Source: Candidatus Pseudobacter hemicellulosilyticus
GTDB taxonomy: Bacteria > Bacteroidota > Bacteroidia > Chitinophagales > Chitinophagaceae
Direction: 5' to 3'
Assembly (NCBI GenBank): GCA_029202545.1
Contig: CP119311.1
Location: forward strand, 5,276,069 to 5,340,068
DNA: 64,000 nt
Position numbers and translations under genes: made by a program. Of this stretch, positions 9,539 through 19,235 are shown piece after piece. Positions within the stretch are counted from its first letter, which is position 1, and each line of letters begins with the position of its first letter. A model generated the notes under the pieces. The model had not been told where the DNA came from. It made no database searches and worked only from the letters and a program-made list of their open reading frames with translations.

Positions 9539-9659
9539 GTCGCTCGCCTCTGGCGAGTGACAACTATTCCGTCGCCTCCGGCGACCAGCACCAGGAAGCC
9601 TGTCCAGACTGGTTAGCCGGAGGCTAACAAATAATAGTCACTCGCCAGAGGCGAGCGAC
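9539..9659. repeat. 121-bp REP/REPIN-like element, copy 1
   Basis: Perfect 23-bp terminal inverted repeats (9539-9561 and 9637-9659), each itself a hairpin, plus two internal hairpins (9571-9585, 9612-9628). Confidence 0.9.
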
Positions 9660-9807
9660 AGTTGCTGAGCTTTGATCTTACCAAATAATCCCGCATTTCT
9701 CCGCTTAATGCCGCAACTTTGCCCGTAATGTCAAATATTTCCGCACCTATTTGCCGGTTTATGCGTTTTTCAACTTAATTTACAGCACAGACCAGCAAAA
9801 ACTGTTT

Positions 9808-10557
9808 ATGCTGAAAAAAGAGAGACAGGCATACATCCTCCACCAGATCAACCTGCACAATAAAGTGCTGAGCTCCGGGCTCAGTACCGAAATGAGCGTA
9901 TCTGAAGATACCATCCGCCGCGACCTCCAGGAACTGGCCGATGATGGCAAGATCATCAAAGTGCATGGCGGCGCCCTCTCCCATTCTTTCAGCCAGGTAT
10001 ATCTCCCCTCCAGCGATGTGTATTCCCAGGACTATAAAAAAGTGATTGCCCAGAAAGCAGCCGCCCTCATCACAGACGGCATGTTTGTTTTCACCACCGG
10101 CGGTACTACCGTTATTGAACTGGCCCGCGCCCTGCCGCCCCAGCTCAAAGCCACCTTTGTATCCGGCAGCATTCCCGTAGTCCTGGAATATATGCAGCAT
10201 CCTGCCATAGAAGTGATCCTCATCGGCGACAAGGTCTCCAAGAACTCCAAGATCACCGTGGGCGGTGAAGCCATCAGCCAGATCCGGCGCATCCGGGCCG
10301 ACCTCTGCTTTCTCGGCATCAACGCCATTGACCTCAGACACGGTATCACCGACAACGACTGGGAAGTGGTCCAGCTTAAAAAAGCGATGATTGAATCCTC
10401 CCAGAAAGTTGTTTGTCTCACCATTGCCGAAAAGATCAACACCTTCCAGCCAATCCATATTGATGAAGCCAGCAGGATAGATATCCTGATCACTGAATTA
10501 CCAGCAGAACATCCCCTGTTGCAACCCTACCGGGATGCAGGCATCCAGGTGCTGTAG
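9808..10557 (+). CDS. DeoR/GlpR family transcriptional regulator
   Basis: MLKKERQAYIL...VSEDTIRRDL.EL...G.I.KVHGGA HTH, followed by a DeoR C-terminal domain (GGTTVIELAR, ADLCFLG). Confidence 0.92.
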   Translation: MLKKERQAYILHQINLHNKVLSSGLSTEMSVSEDTIRRDLQELADDGKIIKVHGGALSHSFSQVYLPSSDVYSQDYKKVIAQKAAALITDGMFVFTTGGTTVIELARALPPQLKATFVSGSIPVVLEYMQHPAIEVILIGDKVSKNSKITVGGEAISQIRRIRADLCFLGINAIDLRHGITDNDWEVVQLKKAMIESSQKVVCLTIAEKINTFQPIHIDEASRIDILITELPAEHPLLQPYRDAGIQVL

Positions 10558-10591
10558 CATCACATCCTCTCCCGTTTTTTGTAATGTGTTT

Positions 10592-11842
10592 TTATCCCGG
10601 CGTACTCCAGGGCCAGTTATAGGCAATCAGGACAGCGGTGACCACGGCCGCCAGGTCGGCTATCAGCGAGGCAGAGATAGCATAGCGCGAGTTCTTGATA
10701 CCAACCGAGCCAAAATAGAGGGCCACAATATAGAAAGTAGTATCGGCCGATCCCTGGAACAGGCAGCTGAGGCGGCCTACAAAGGAATCCGGACCTGATA
10801 CCCGCATGGTATCAATCATCATACCGCGGGAGGCGGCGCCGCTGAAAGGCCGCATCAATGCTGTAGGCAGGGCTTCCACGAATTTGGTATCAAAGCCCAA
10901 ATTGCTGAACACCCAGGATAGTCCCTGTAATATATAGTCAAAAGCACCGGAACTGCGCAGGGCGCTGATGGCCACCAGCATGCCCACGAGATAGGGAATG
11001 ATCTTGACCGCCACCTCAAAACCCTGTTTGGCGCCTTCAATAAAAGAGCTGAACACATCGATCTTTTTATACAGGCCGCCCAGAATCATGAGAATAAAGA
11101 ACAACATGATCAGGCCATTGCTGACCACTTTGGAAAAGGTATCGGCGGATTCATTGGTCAGTACATACCGCATATAAAAAGCCATACCGCCCAGCAGCAG
11201 GCTGCCCACCGCTCCCACTACCATGATGGTCTTCCACTGGTTCCAGCTGAAACGCTGCCAGATAGCGGTCACAGAAATAGCTACCATAGTGGCCATAAAA
11301 GTGCAGATCACGCAGGGGATAAAGATCTCTACGGGGTTATTGGATTGCAGGATCACCCGCTGCGCAATGATATTGACAGGAATAATGGTAAGACCGGAAG
11401 CATGCAGCACCATGAACATGATCTGGGCGTTGGAAGCCGTTTCCTTATTGGGATTCAGCTCCTGCAGGCTGGCCATGGATTTAAGCCCGAATGGCGTGGC
11501 TGCATTGTCCAGGTTCAGCAGGTTGGCCGAAAAGTTCATCATCATATGCCCGATGGCCGGGTGGTTGCGCGGCACTTCAGGGAACAGCTTATTGAAGAAA
11601 GGCCCCACTATCTTTGACAGCAATCGCACAGCCCCTGCTTTTTCACCGATATTGAGAAAACCCAGGAAAAGGCTCATCACCCCTATCAGCCCCAGGGAGA
11701 TATCCACCCCCGATTTGGCGGACGTGAAAATGCCTTCCATCAGGTTCTTAAAAACATCAGTATCCCCGGCAAAAACAAGGCGGACCAGCGCCAGCACAAA
11801 TGCGATGAGGAAAAAGCAGATCCAGAGATAGTTTAATACCAT
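10592..11842 (-). CDS. Nucleoside recognition (Gate) domain membrane protein, SpmA/SpmB fusion type
   Basis: MVLNYLW, NFSANLLNLDNAATPFGLK, LMRPFSGAA and GSADTTFYIVALYFGSVGI motifs. Confidence 0.88.
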   Translation of the reverse strand: MVLNYLWICFFLIAFVLALVRLVFAGDTDVFKNLMEGIFTSAKSGVDISLGLIGVMSLFLGFLNIGEKAGAVRLLSKIVGPFFNKLFPEVPRNHPAIGHMMMNFSANLLNLDNAATPFGLKSMASLQELNPNKETASNAQIMFMVLHASGLTIIPVNIIAQRVILQSNNPVEIFIPCVICTFMATMVAISVTAIWQRFSWNQWKTIMVVGAVGSLLLGGMAFYMRYVLTNESADTFSKVVSNGLIMLFFILMILGGLYKKIDVFSSFIEGAKQGFEVAVKIIPYLVGMLVAISALRSSGAFDYILQGLSWVFSNLGFDTKFVEALPTALMRPFSGAASRGMMIDTMRVSGPDSFVGRLSCLFQGSADTTFYIVALYFGSVGIKNSRYAISASLIADLAAVVTAVLIAYNWPWSTPG

Positions 11843-11989
11843 GTATTGATGATTGAACGGCAGCCCGGCGCTACCTGAGACCGGATAACCTGCCAGGCCG
11901 CGGCGAGGGATATCCGGAGCCTAAGTTAATTGAAACTCCATGAAACTGATCATTTTAGCCATAGAAAATGTAAAATGGGTGTTTAGACT

Positions 11990-11997
11990 TATCTTTG
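11990..11997 (+). promoter_or_regulatory. -7 promoter element (TATCTTTG) for ychF
   Basis: Exact TAnnTTTG match 27 nt upstream of the ATG. Confidence 0.65.
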
Positions 11998-12024
11998 CGC
12001 CTCTAAAAACGGAAATCAAATACA

Positions 12025-13122
12025 ATGGGCTTAAAAGCAGGCATAGTCGGATTGCCGAACGTAGGAAAATCGACTTTATTCAATGCGGTGAGCAGCAGCG
12101 CCAAAGCGCAGGCAAGCAATTACCGCTTCTGTACCATAGAACCGAACGTAGGACTGGTGGATGTACCCGACCAGCGGCTCAGCAAGCTGGCCGAGCTGGT
12201 AGTACCCAACAGAATTGTCCCTACCCAGATTGAGATCGTGGACATTGCCGGCCTGGTGCGTGGCGCCAGCAAAGGCGAAGGGCTGGGCAATAAATTCCTG
12301 GGCAATATCCGGGAAGTAGATGCCATCATCCATGTGATCCGCTGTTTTGAGGACGAGAACGTCCTCCGTGATGAAGGCGCTATCAATCCGGTCAGCGATA
12401 AAGAGATCATTGATACCGAACTCCAGCTGAAAGACCTGGAAAGCGTGGATAAGAAGATCGGCCGCACCGAAAAGCTGGCCCGTACTGATCCTAAAATGAA
12501 GGCCGAGCTGGAAGTGCTGATCAAATGCAAACAGCACCTGGAGCAGGGTAAAAATATCCGTGAACTGCAACTGGCCAAAGAAGACAAGCCGGCTATTGCC
12601 GACCTCTTCCTGCTCACCGAAAAGCCCGTCCTGTACGTGGCCAACGTAGATGAGCCCAGCATGCACACCGGCAACAAATATTCCCAGACCCTGCAGGAAA
12701 GCGTGAAGAACGAAGGCGCCCAGGTGATCATCATGAACAATTCCATTGAAGCACAGATCGCTGAAATGGAAGATCCCGGCGACCGGGAACTGTTCATGTC
12801 TGAATACAAAATGACAGAGCCCGCCCTGAACAGGTTGATCCGTTCTACTTACGAACTGCTCCGTTTATATACTTATTTCACAGCCGGTGTACAGGAAGTA
12901 AGGGCCTGGACCATCCACGAAGGCTGGAAAGCGCCCCAGGCGGCCAGTGTGATCCATACCGATTTTGAGAAAGGCTTTATCAAGGCCGAAGTGATCGGTT
13001 ATGACGATTTTGTTCAGTATGGCTCTGAATCCGCCGCCCGCGATGCCGGTAAGCTGCGGATTGAAGGCAAGGAATACCTGGTGAAAGATGGCGATGTGAT
13101 GCATTTCCGCTTCAACGTATAA
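12025..13122 (+). CDS. ychF: Redox-regulated ATPase YchF
   Basis: GIVGLPNVGKSTLFN, FCTIEPNVG, DIAGLV.GAS.GEGLGNKFL, and the YLVKDGDVMHFRFNV C-terminus. Confidence 0.97.
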   Translation: MGLKAGIVGLPNVGKSTLFNAVSSSAKAQASNYRFCTIEPNVGLVDVPDQRLSKLAELVVPNRIVPTQIEIVDIAGLVRGASKGEGLGNKFLGNIREVDAIIHVIRCFEDENVLRDEGAINPVSDKEIIDTELQLKDLESVDKKIGRTEKLARTDPKMKAELEVLIKCKQHLEQGKNIRELQLAKEDKPAIADLFLLTEKPVLYVANVDEPSMHTGNKYSQTLQESVKNEGAQVIIMNNSIEAQIAEMEDPGDRELFMSEYKMTEPALNRLIRSTYELLRLYTYFTAGVQEVRAWTIHEGWKAPQAASVIHTDFEKGFIKAEVIGYDDFVQYGSESAARDAGKLRIEGKEYLVKDGDVMHFRFNV

Positions 13123-13146
13123 CTATAGCCTATAGCTAAAAATAAT

Positions 13147-13174
13147 AAAGCTCCCGTCTGCCGACGGGAGCTTT
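13147..13174. terminator. Bidirectional intrinsic terminator between convergent ychF and the TBDR gene
   Basis: AAAGCTCCCGTC-TGCC-GACGGGAGCTTT, a perfect 12-bp stem with T-runs on both strands. Confidence 0.9.
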
Positions 13175-13196
13175 TGTTTTGGTTTGATGTTTTCGC

Positions 13197-16070
13197 TTAG
13201 AAAATATTATAACCAAAGCTCATATAGTACACACCACCCACTTCGGGGTTGCCCAGCGCACTGATATAATACTTGTTGAGCAGGTTAGAAGCGCCCAGCT
13301 TGATCAGGCTGCGGATAGCCGGGAATTTATAGCTGATCTGTGCATCCAGTGTGCTATAGGCAGGGATCTCGCTGGAAGCGAAAGTGCCCTCCCATTGTAC
13401 TTTATCCTGCCAGCGGAACAGGATATTGAAACCCCAGTTGCTTTTACCGATACCATCATTACCCAGGCCAATATTATACCGGACCTTGGGCGTATTGAAG
13501 AAGGTCACCAGTCCATCCGGCACATCCTTCAGCTGATCGCCTGATACATTGGCGCGGACGGTGAAGCCTCTGCCCAGCAGGTAATCTGCACTGATGCCCC
13601 AGCCAATAGCCTTCACGTTGGAAGTAGAGTTCTCCGGGTAGGAGAAATTCTCGCTGGTGAGGGGGTTGGCAATATTGCCGCCGGGAATGGCGCGGCCCAC
13701 GGCCGTTTTGCCAATAAAATCTTTGTACTCGCAATAGTATACATAAGCATCCACCAGCAGCTTTTTGTCCAGCAGGCCGCGATAGCCAAACTCATAGCTA
13801 TTGGCCGTTTCAGGTTTCAGGTCCTTGAAGGCCGCCTGTTTCAGCAATGCCGGATTGGGTGTGCCGGTAGCGGCAGAAGCCCTGTAAGCACCGATGCTTT
13901 CCGCGGTGTATACAGGATTGCCGGTGAAATTAAAGAAGGTCTGGAAAGAAGGCAGACCGCCGATCAGCCTGGCCCCGGGGGTGTTCAGGTTGATGTACTG
14001 GTCCTGCGTGGAGGGAAAACGATAAGCGGTCTGGTAAGACAGACGCAGGTTATTATCCTGGGCCACGGTGATGAGCGCTGTTACCCTTGGGGTGAAACGG
14101 CCATCAAAGTTCTGGCTCTTATCGTAGCGACCGGAAGCGGTCAGTTTCAGTTTATCGTTGAACAATCTTTTCTGCAATTGCAGGTAGCCGCCATACTCTT
14201 CTATCTTGATAGTGCCGGCAGTATCCACAAAGATGGTGCCGTTGGAGTTGAGGTGGTAAGACCGGTAATTGGCGCCGATCAGCACTTCCACCACTTTAGT
14301 ATAATCACTCAGGTTCAGCTGCCCTTCATAATGCCAGAGGCTGGATTTATCGGCAAACTTGGCGCCGCCATTCTTGATATCGGTATTGATGGCCTTATCG
14401 AAAGCAGCGTCAAATCCGGCGGTGCCGGGTAGCAGCCGGCCCTGCTCAGCTGCAGCCCTGGCGGCTGCATGGGCCATGGCATCAGGCGCTCCCTGCAGGC
14501 GGGCGCCGGCATAAGTGCCGGAATAAACACCGAACCAATCCCCATTGCTGCGCCAGCTGTTATTGATGGCCAGTGCGGCAGTAGTAGCGGTGTAGGAATC
14601 ACCGGAATTTTCCTGGGTGGTATAGGCGCGGAGGAACCAGTTCCTGGCACGCAGTTCCACTTTGTACTGACCCAGCTTGAAATTCTTAAGCGCGTAGCGG
14701 TCGGCCCCGGTATACACCGAAGTGCCGGTGCCCCAGTAGGCGATCACGGATGCTTCAATATTATCGGTGAGCTTGTAATAGAGGCCGCCATTGAGGCGGA
14801 CGCTGTAAGCATTATAATCAACAATATCCTTTTCGTTATAACCGGTGCGGCTCACCAGCTGGTTGCCGAAATAACCCTGCATGATCCCATTGGCCAGTGC
14901 GCGGAGGGGCGCCAGCTCGGGAGCAGTAGCACCGGCGTAATAACCCAGGATCTCCTGTTGTGTGGGTGCGCGACCCAGCAGGGTACCCAGTTGCTGTGAT
15001 ACCGGCACCAGGGAGGGGTTGGTAGCAGGATTGAAAATAGCTACGGTGGCTACATCCTGCATGCTGGCGCTGGCTTCATCACCATACACATTGATCCCAT
15101 CATAATTATTGTCTGAACTGCGGTCGCCGGCTTTCACCCCGCTCAGCACGTTGTTACGCGCCAGGTTGCGGGTATCACTGGCCTGCCAGTCCTTGGCCTG
15201 TATAAACTGACCGCCGATCTTAAAAGCTAATTTATCACTCACCTTTTTACCCCAGCGGAAGGCCCAGTCGTAATAAGGCGCCGCCGGCCGTTGTTTGCCA
15301 TCGGTATGCATGATCCCCTGTTTTACCTGGAAGCTGAGGCCCTGGTATTTGAAGGGGTTCTTGCTGGTCATGAGCAGGGTGCCGTTGGTACCACCAGGGC
15401 CATACAGGGCCGAAGATGCGCCCTGCAGCAGTTCCACATTGTCCACATCCAACTCGGTAGGTCCCAGGATAATGCCTACGGCGAAGTTAAGCGCCGGGGC
15501 CTGGTTATCCATTCCATCCACCAGCTGGTTGAAGCGCAGGTTACCGCTGCCGTTGAAGCCGCGGGTGCTGAGGGTATTGAAAGTAATGCTGGAAGTGGTC
15601 ATATCTACCCCTTTGAAATTGGCGATGCCCTGGTAAAAATTGGGGGCTGCAGACGCCCGGACATTGGCCGATCCCATTCTTTCAATACTGACCGGTGATT
15701 CCAGTATCCGCTCTGCCACACGGCTGGCGGAGACCACCACTTCCGTTCCCAGTGAGGAGGCCGGCTCAAAACTGATCTCCAGAGGTGTGCTCACATTGCT
15801 GACCACCACTTCCTGCGTTTCGTAGCCTATAGAGGAAAAGACCAGGGTAAAAGGAGGCGCCTGCGTACTGTTGATCCTGAAGTTGCCACGCTCATCCGTG
15901 AAAGTACCAGCTGCACTGCCCTTGAGCACTACGGACACGGCAGGGACCCCTTCCCGGCTAAGACTATTTTTGACATTTCCAGTAACGGTATACGGCTGGG
16001 CCTGGACCGCTGCGCATAAAAGAAGGAATAATAACGACAGCACTGCCCGACATAGTAGGCATTTTCTCAT
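13197..16070 (-). CDS. TonB-dependent receptor (stand-alone, no SusD)
   Basis: Signal peptide, CarboxypepD_reg-like N-domain, plug (VVVSASR..E.ILESPVSIE; GASSALYG) and a barrel ending YYMSFGYNIF. Confidence 0.92.
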   Translation of the reverse strand: MRKCLLCRAVLSLLFLLLCAAVQAQPYTVTGNVKNSLSREGVPAVSVVLKGSAAGTFTDERGNFRINSTQAPPFTLVFSSIGYETQEVVVSNVSTPLEISFEPASSLGTEVVVSASRVAERILESPVSIERMGSANVRASAAPNFYQGIANFKGVDMTTSSITFNTLSTRGFNGSGNLRFNQLVDGMDNQAPALNFAVGIILGPTELDVDNVELLQGASSALYGPGGTNGTLLMTSKNPFKYQGLSFQVKQGIMHTDGKQRPAAPYYDWAFRWGKKVSDKLAFKIGGQFIQAKDWQASDTRNLARNNVLSGVKAGDRSSDNNYDGINVYGDEASASMQDVATVAIFNPATNPSLVPVSQQLGTLLGRAPTQQEILGYYAGATAPELAPLRALANGIMQGYFGNQLVSRTGYNEKDIVDYNAYSVRLNGGLYYKLTDNIEASVIAYWGTGTSVYTGADRYALKNFKLGQYKVELRARNWFLRAYTTQENSGDSYTATTAALAINNSWRSNGDWFGVYSGTYAGARLQGAPDAMAHAAARAAAEQGRLLPGTAGFDAAFDKAINTDIKNGGAKFADKSSLWHYEGQLNLSDYTKVVEVLIGANYRSYHLNSNGTIFVDTAGTIKIEEYGGYLQLQKRLFNDKLKLTASGRYDKSQNFDGRFTPRVTALITVAQDNNLRLSYQTAYRFPSTQDQYINLNTPGARLIGGLPSFQTFFNFTGNPVYTAESIGAYRASAATGTPNPALLKQAAFKDLKPETANSYEFGYRGLLDKKLLVDAYVYYCEYKDFIGKTAVGRAIPGGNIANPLTSENFSYPENSTSNVKAIGWGISADYLLGRGFTVRANVSGDQLKDVPDGLVTFFNTPKVRYNIGLGNDGIGKSNWGFNILFRWQDKVQWEGTFASSEIPAYSTLDAQISYKFPAIRSLIKLGASNLLNKYYISALGNPEVGGVYYMSFGYNIF

Positions 16071-16165
16071 AATGGCAATGTTTAATAAAAGAAAAGGTGA
16101 AATGTTGTTATCTCAAAATAACGATTGTAATCCTCATGTGAAAATTTTATTTGTACTTTCGGCCC

Positions 16166-17089
16166 ATGAAAACGTATCAATTTCCAGGTCAGACTAAATT
16201 TTATAAAGGAAAGGTTCGTGATGTGTACACCATTAATGATCAATGGCTGGTCATGATAGCTTCCGATCGCATATCCGCCTTCGATGTGATCCTCCCCCGC
16301 CCCATTCCGCATAAGGGTCAGGTTTTGAACCAGATTGCCGCCTATATGCTCAAAGCTACCGCCGACATATGCCCCAACTGGCTGACTAACGTACCCGCTC
16401 CCAATGTATCCATCGGCCGGAAATGTGAACCGTTCCGGATAGAGATGGTGGTGAGAGGTAACCTTACCGGTCATGCGTGGCGCACCTATAACAGTGGCCT
16501 GCGCACGCTTTGCGGGGTATCCTTACCCGAAGGCATGAAGGAAAACGATTATTTCCCTACCCCCATCATCACCCCTTCCACCAAGGCGGAAGCCGGGCAT
16601 GATGAGGATATCAGCAAAGAAGATATCATTGCCCAGGGACTGGCCAGCGCAGCAGACTGGGCCATCCTGGAAAAGTACGCTTTGCAACTATTTGCCCGCG
16701 GCAAAGAGATCGCTGCAAAACAGGGGCTGATCCTGGTTGATACCAAATATGAATTCGGCAAGCTCGGTAACGAAGTTTACCTGATGGATGAAGTGCATAC
16801 CCCGGACTCTTCCCGTTATTTTATAGCTGAGGGCTTTGAAGCCCGCCAGGCTGCCGGCGAAAGACAACAGCAGCTGAGCAAGGAGTTTGTCCGGGAATGG
16901 CTGATCGCCAATAATTTTATGGGTAAAGAAGGGCAAACTGTCCCCGAAATGACGGACGACTGGGTACAGACCATCAGCCAGCGCTATATTGACCTCTATG
17001 AGAAAGTGATCGGTGAAAAGTTTGTACCGGCGCCAAAATCGGAGGAAGAGACCGGTCAGCTGATTGAAGCTGCCCTGAAAACACTGTAA
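16166..17089 (+). CDS. purC: Phosphoribosylaminoimidazolesuccinocarboxamide (SAICAR) synthase
   Basis: [38 protein letters not shown] and LSKEFVR motifs. Confidence 0.96.
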   Translation: MKTYQFPGQTKFYKGKVRDVYTINDQWLVMIASDRISAFDVILPRPIPHKGQVLNQIAAYMLKATADICPNWLTNVPAPNVSIGRKCEPFRIEMVVRGNLTGHAWRTYNSGLRTLCGVSLPEGMKENDYFPTPIITPSTKAEAGHDEDISKEDIIAQGLASAADWAILEKYALQLFARGKEIAAKQGLILVDTKYEFGKLGNEVYLMDEVHTPDSSRYFIAEGFEARQAAGERQQQLSKEFVREWLIANNFMGKEGQTVPEMTDDWVQTISQRYIDLYEKVIGEKFVPAPKSEEETGQLIEAALKTL

Positions 17090-17158
17090 CAGGTACCTGG
17101 AAATTCCTGGAACAAGCCATTGTCAAGCGGACAGTCTTTTCCAGTAAACTTATACAAG

Positions 17159-17207
17159 CGACAGGCAACTGCCAGCTTCTGCTGACCGTTGCCTGTCGTT
17201 TCTTTTT
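17159..17207 (+). terminator. Probable purC terminator
   Basis: An 11-bp perfect stem (CGACAGGCAAC/GTTGCCTGTCG) with an inner CAGC-TTCT-GCTG hairpin, followed by TTTCTTTTT. Confidence 0.7.
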
Positions 17208-17322
17208 GGCAACGCCTGCTTTCCCTTCCATCAGCCGCAGCAGGCGGGCACAGTCCTTGCAATAAAGCCGTTTAAAAAAGCGGGAAGAAGGGATTATGCC
17301 CTTAAATAGTTAATTTAAGGGT

Positions 17323-18444
17323 ATGAAAGCGATTGTAGCCCAACTGATCTTCCTTGCTTTGCCATCTTTTGTTATGAGCCAAACAACTTACCTGCTCGTA
17401 GGCACCTACACCGGGGGTGGCAGCGAGGGCATCTATGTGTACAAATTCAACAGCCAGACCGGCGAGGCCGAGCTGGTCAGCACTGCTGCCAGCAGTAACC
17501 CCTCCTACCTGGAGGTCTCGCCCGACAAGCGCTTTGTATACGCCGTCAATGAAAATGGCGATGGCAAAGGTGCTATCAGCGCCTTTGGCTTCAATCCTGA
17601 AAACGGTCAGCTGGTCTTTAGCAATGAAGAACTCACTCACGGGGATCATCCCTGCCATGTCAGCATTGACAAAACCGGCAAATGGGCGGTAGCATCCAAT
17701 TATTCCGGCGGCAACTTCGCCGTATTCGGGATCGGTGATGACGGCAGCCTGCGGCCCGCCTCCCAGATCATCAAACATGCCGGCAAAGGCCCCCATCCGG
17801 ACCGCCAGGAAGGACCGCATGTGCATTCGGCCTGGTTCTCTCCCGATAACCGCTACCTGCTGGTCATGGACCTGGGCACTGATAAGCTCATGACCTATGC
17901 TTTTGACGCTACCAGCGGCAAAGTAATACCTGCTCCTGTTCCTTTTACAGCTACCGCTCCTGGCGCCGGTCCCCGGCATTTTGCGTTCAGCCCCTCGGGG
18001 AAATTCGGGTATGTGATAGAAGAGCTGACAGGCGCCGTATCCGCCTACCAGTATGCCGATGGCAAACTGAAACAATTCCAGACTATTTCTTCCCTGCCGG
18101 CAGATGCCAAAGTGGCCAACAAGGACGCCGGCAGTGCAGATATTCATATCTCCCCCGATGGCAAATTCCTTTATGCCTCCAATCGCGGACAAACCAATAC
18201 CATCGCCATTTACAGCATCAATCCTGAAAATGGCAAACTGTCTTTGAAAGGACAGCAGCCCGTATTGGGCAAGGCGCCGCGCAATTTCAATTTTGATCCC
18301 TCCGGCAGATTGCTGCTGGTGGCCAATATGGACTCTGATGAAATAGTAATTTTTAAAAGAGATGCAGCAACGGGATTGCTGGAAGATAGCGGCAGGCGGA
18401 TAAAGCTGAGTAAGCCGGTTTGTGTGAAGTGGGTGGTGGAATGA
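17323..18444 (+). CDS. Lactonase family protein (6-phosphogluconolactonase-like beta-propeller), exported
   Basis: LLVGTYT, NPSYL, HPCHVS, SNYSGG, PHVHS, GAGPRHF, SADIHISPDGKFLYASNRG and PRNF motifs, with a signal peptide. Confidence 0.9.
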   Translation: MKAIVAQLIFLALPSFVMSQTTYLLVGTYTGGGSEGIYVYKFNSQTGEAELVSTAASSNPSYLEVSPDKRFVYAVNENGDGKGAISAFGFNPENGQLVFSNEELTHGDHPCHVSIDKTGKWAVASNYSGGNFAVFGIGDDGSLRPASQIIKHAGKGPHPDRQEGPHVHSAWFSPDNRYLLVMDLGTDKLMTYAFDATSGKVIPAPVPFTATAPGAGPRHFAFSPSGKFGYVIEELTGAVSAYQYADGKLKQFQTISSLPADAKVANKDAGSADIHISPDGKFLYASNRGQTNTIAIYSINPENGKLSLKGQQPVLGKAPRNFNFDPSGRLLLVANMDSDEIVIFKRDAATGLLEDSGRRIKLSKPVCVKWVVE

Positions 18445-19140
18445 TCAGGGAATTCGGTTTTCGGAAGGAGGAGTATTAGCTGAGCGGGATAATGGTATAA
18501 TAGACTGCAGGCCATCAATATGATCGATCATCGAATCATCCACATTGTTCCACATCGGATCCAAAATGAAGTCCACACCTTCTCTCCGGGCAACTTTGGA
18601 AGCCGGCACAAAATCTGCATCGCCTCCAATTAAAACAATCTGGGTAACCAGTTTCTTAAACGCCAAAAGCGCTATATCGATACCAATTTTCATATCAACC
18701 CCCTTTTGACGCAACTCATAATGCAGATCTTCTTCCTTCAGATCCGCTACGCTGACAGAGCCTTGCACCAATTCCTTCGCCAGTCCAGGTTTCAACAGCC
18801 AATTCTTGGAATCTTTCAGCATTCCCATTCTAAGCGCTATTTTGCGCTTTCTCCTTAATGCATCAAAAAAAGCGGTCTTAAAGCTATACAATGCAGATTT
18901 TCGGAAATCAAGAGATTTCTTTGAAACAGGATGATGAACCCTTTTATCAAAAGGCTTACAATCATAATAGAATATCCTGTATAAATGATTATCTCTTACA
19001 TGCTCCAGCGCTATATTGTACAAATTTTCCGCTACCTCTTCCGGCGAGTGGGTGCGGGATGGATTTACCAGCGAAAAATATCGCTTAAGAAAAAATCCTC
19101 CATCAATTAAAACAGCAACAGTCTGTACATCCCGCCTCAT
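18445..19140 (-). CDS. NYN domain (LabA/DUF88, PIN-like fold) putative ribonuclease
   Basis: VAVLIDGGFF, LYRIFYYDC, LRQKGVDMKIGIDI, GGDADFVPA and ARREGVDFILDPM: the acidic tetrad looks intact. The ATG at 19140 is preferred because the longer ORF start lies inside the upstream hairpin. Confidence 0.88.
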   Translation of the reverse strand: MRRDVQTVAVLIDGGFFLKRYFSLVNPSRTHSPEEVAENLYNIALEHVRDNHLYRIFYYDCKPFDKRVHHPVSKKSLDFRKSALYSFKTAFFDALRRKRKIALRMGMLKDSKNWLLKPGLAKELVQGSVSVADLKEEDLHYELRQKGVDMKIGIDIALLAFKKLVTQIVLIGGDADFVPASKVARREGVDFILDPMWNNVDDSMIDHIDGLQSIIPLSRSANTPPSENRIP

Positions 19141-19158
19141 AAATCGCTTTATAGGTAT

Positions 19159-19231
19159 AAAAAAAACTGCTCCCGGGTCAAGCATCTCTCTATGGGTGTA
19201 TTGAGTATGCGTCTGCCGGGAGCGCTATGAT
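19159..19231 (-). ncRNA. Candidate ~70-nt structured leader RNA/terminator upstream of the NYN gene
   Basis: Minus strand reads GCTCCCGG-CAGAC-GCAT-A-CTC-(14-nt loop)-GAG-ATGC-TTGAC-CCGGGAGC-AG-T8. It lies between a consensus promoter and the NYN ATG. The 5' end is estimated. Confidence 0.55.
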
Positions 19232-19235
19232 GAAA

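Noticed and set aside
10592-11842. Spore maturation protein as a sign of sporulation
   Set aside because: SpmA/B fusions are widespread in non-sporulating bacteria as Gate-domain membrane proteins.
19141-19185. N-terminal extension of the NYN ORF (MLDPGAVFFIPIKRF)
   Set aside because: It overlaps the terminator stem and T-run. The domain begins right after the ATG at 19140.
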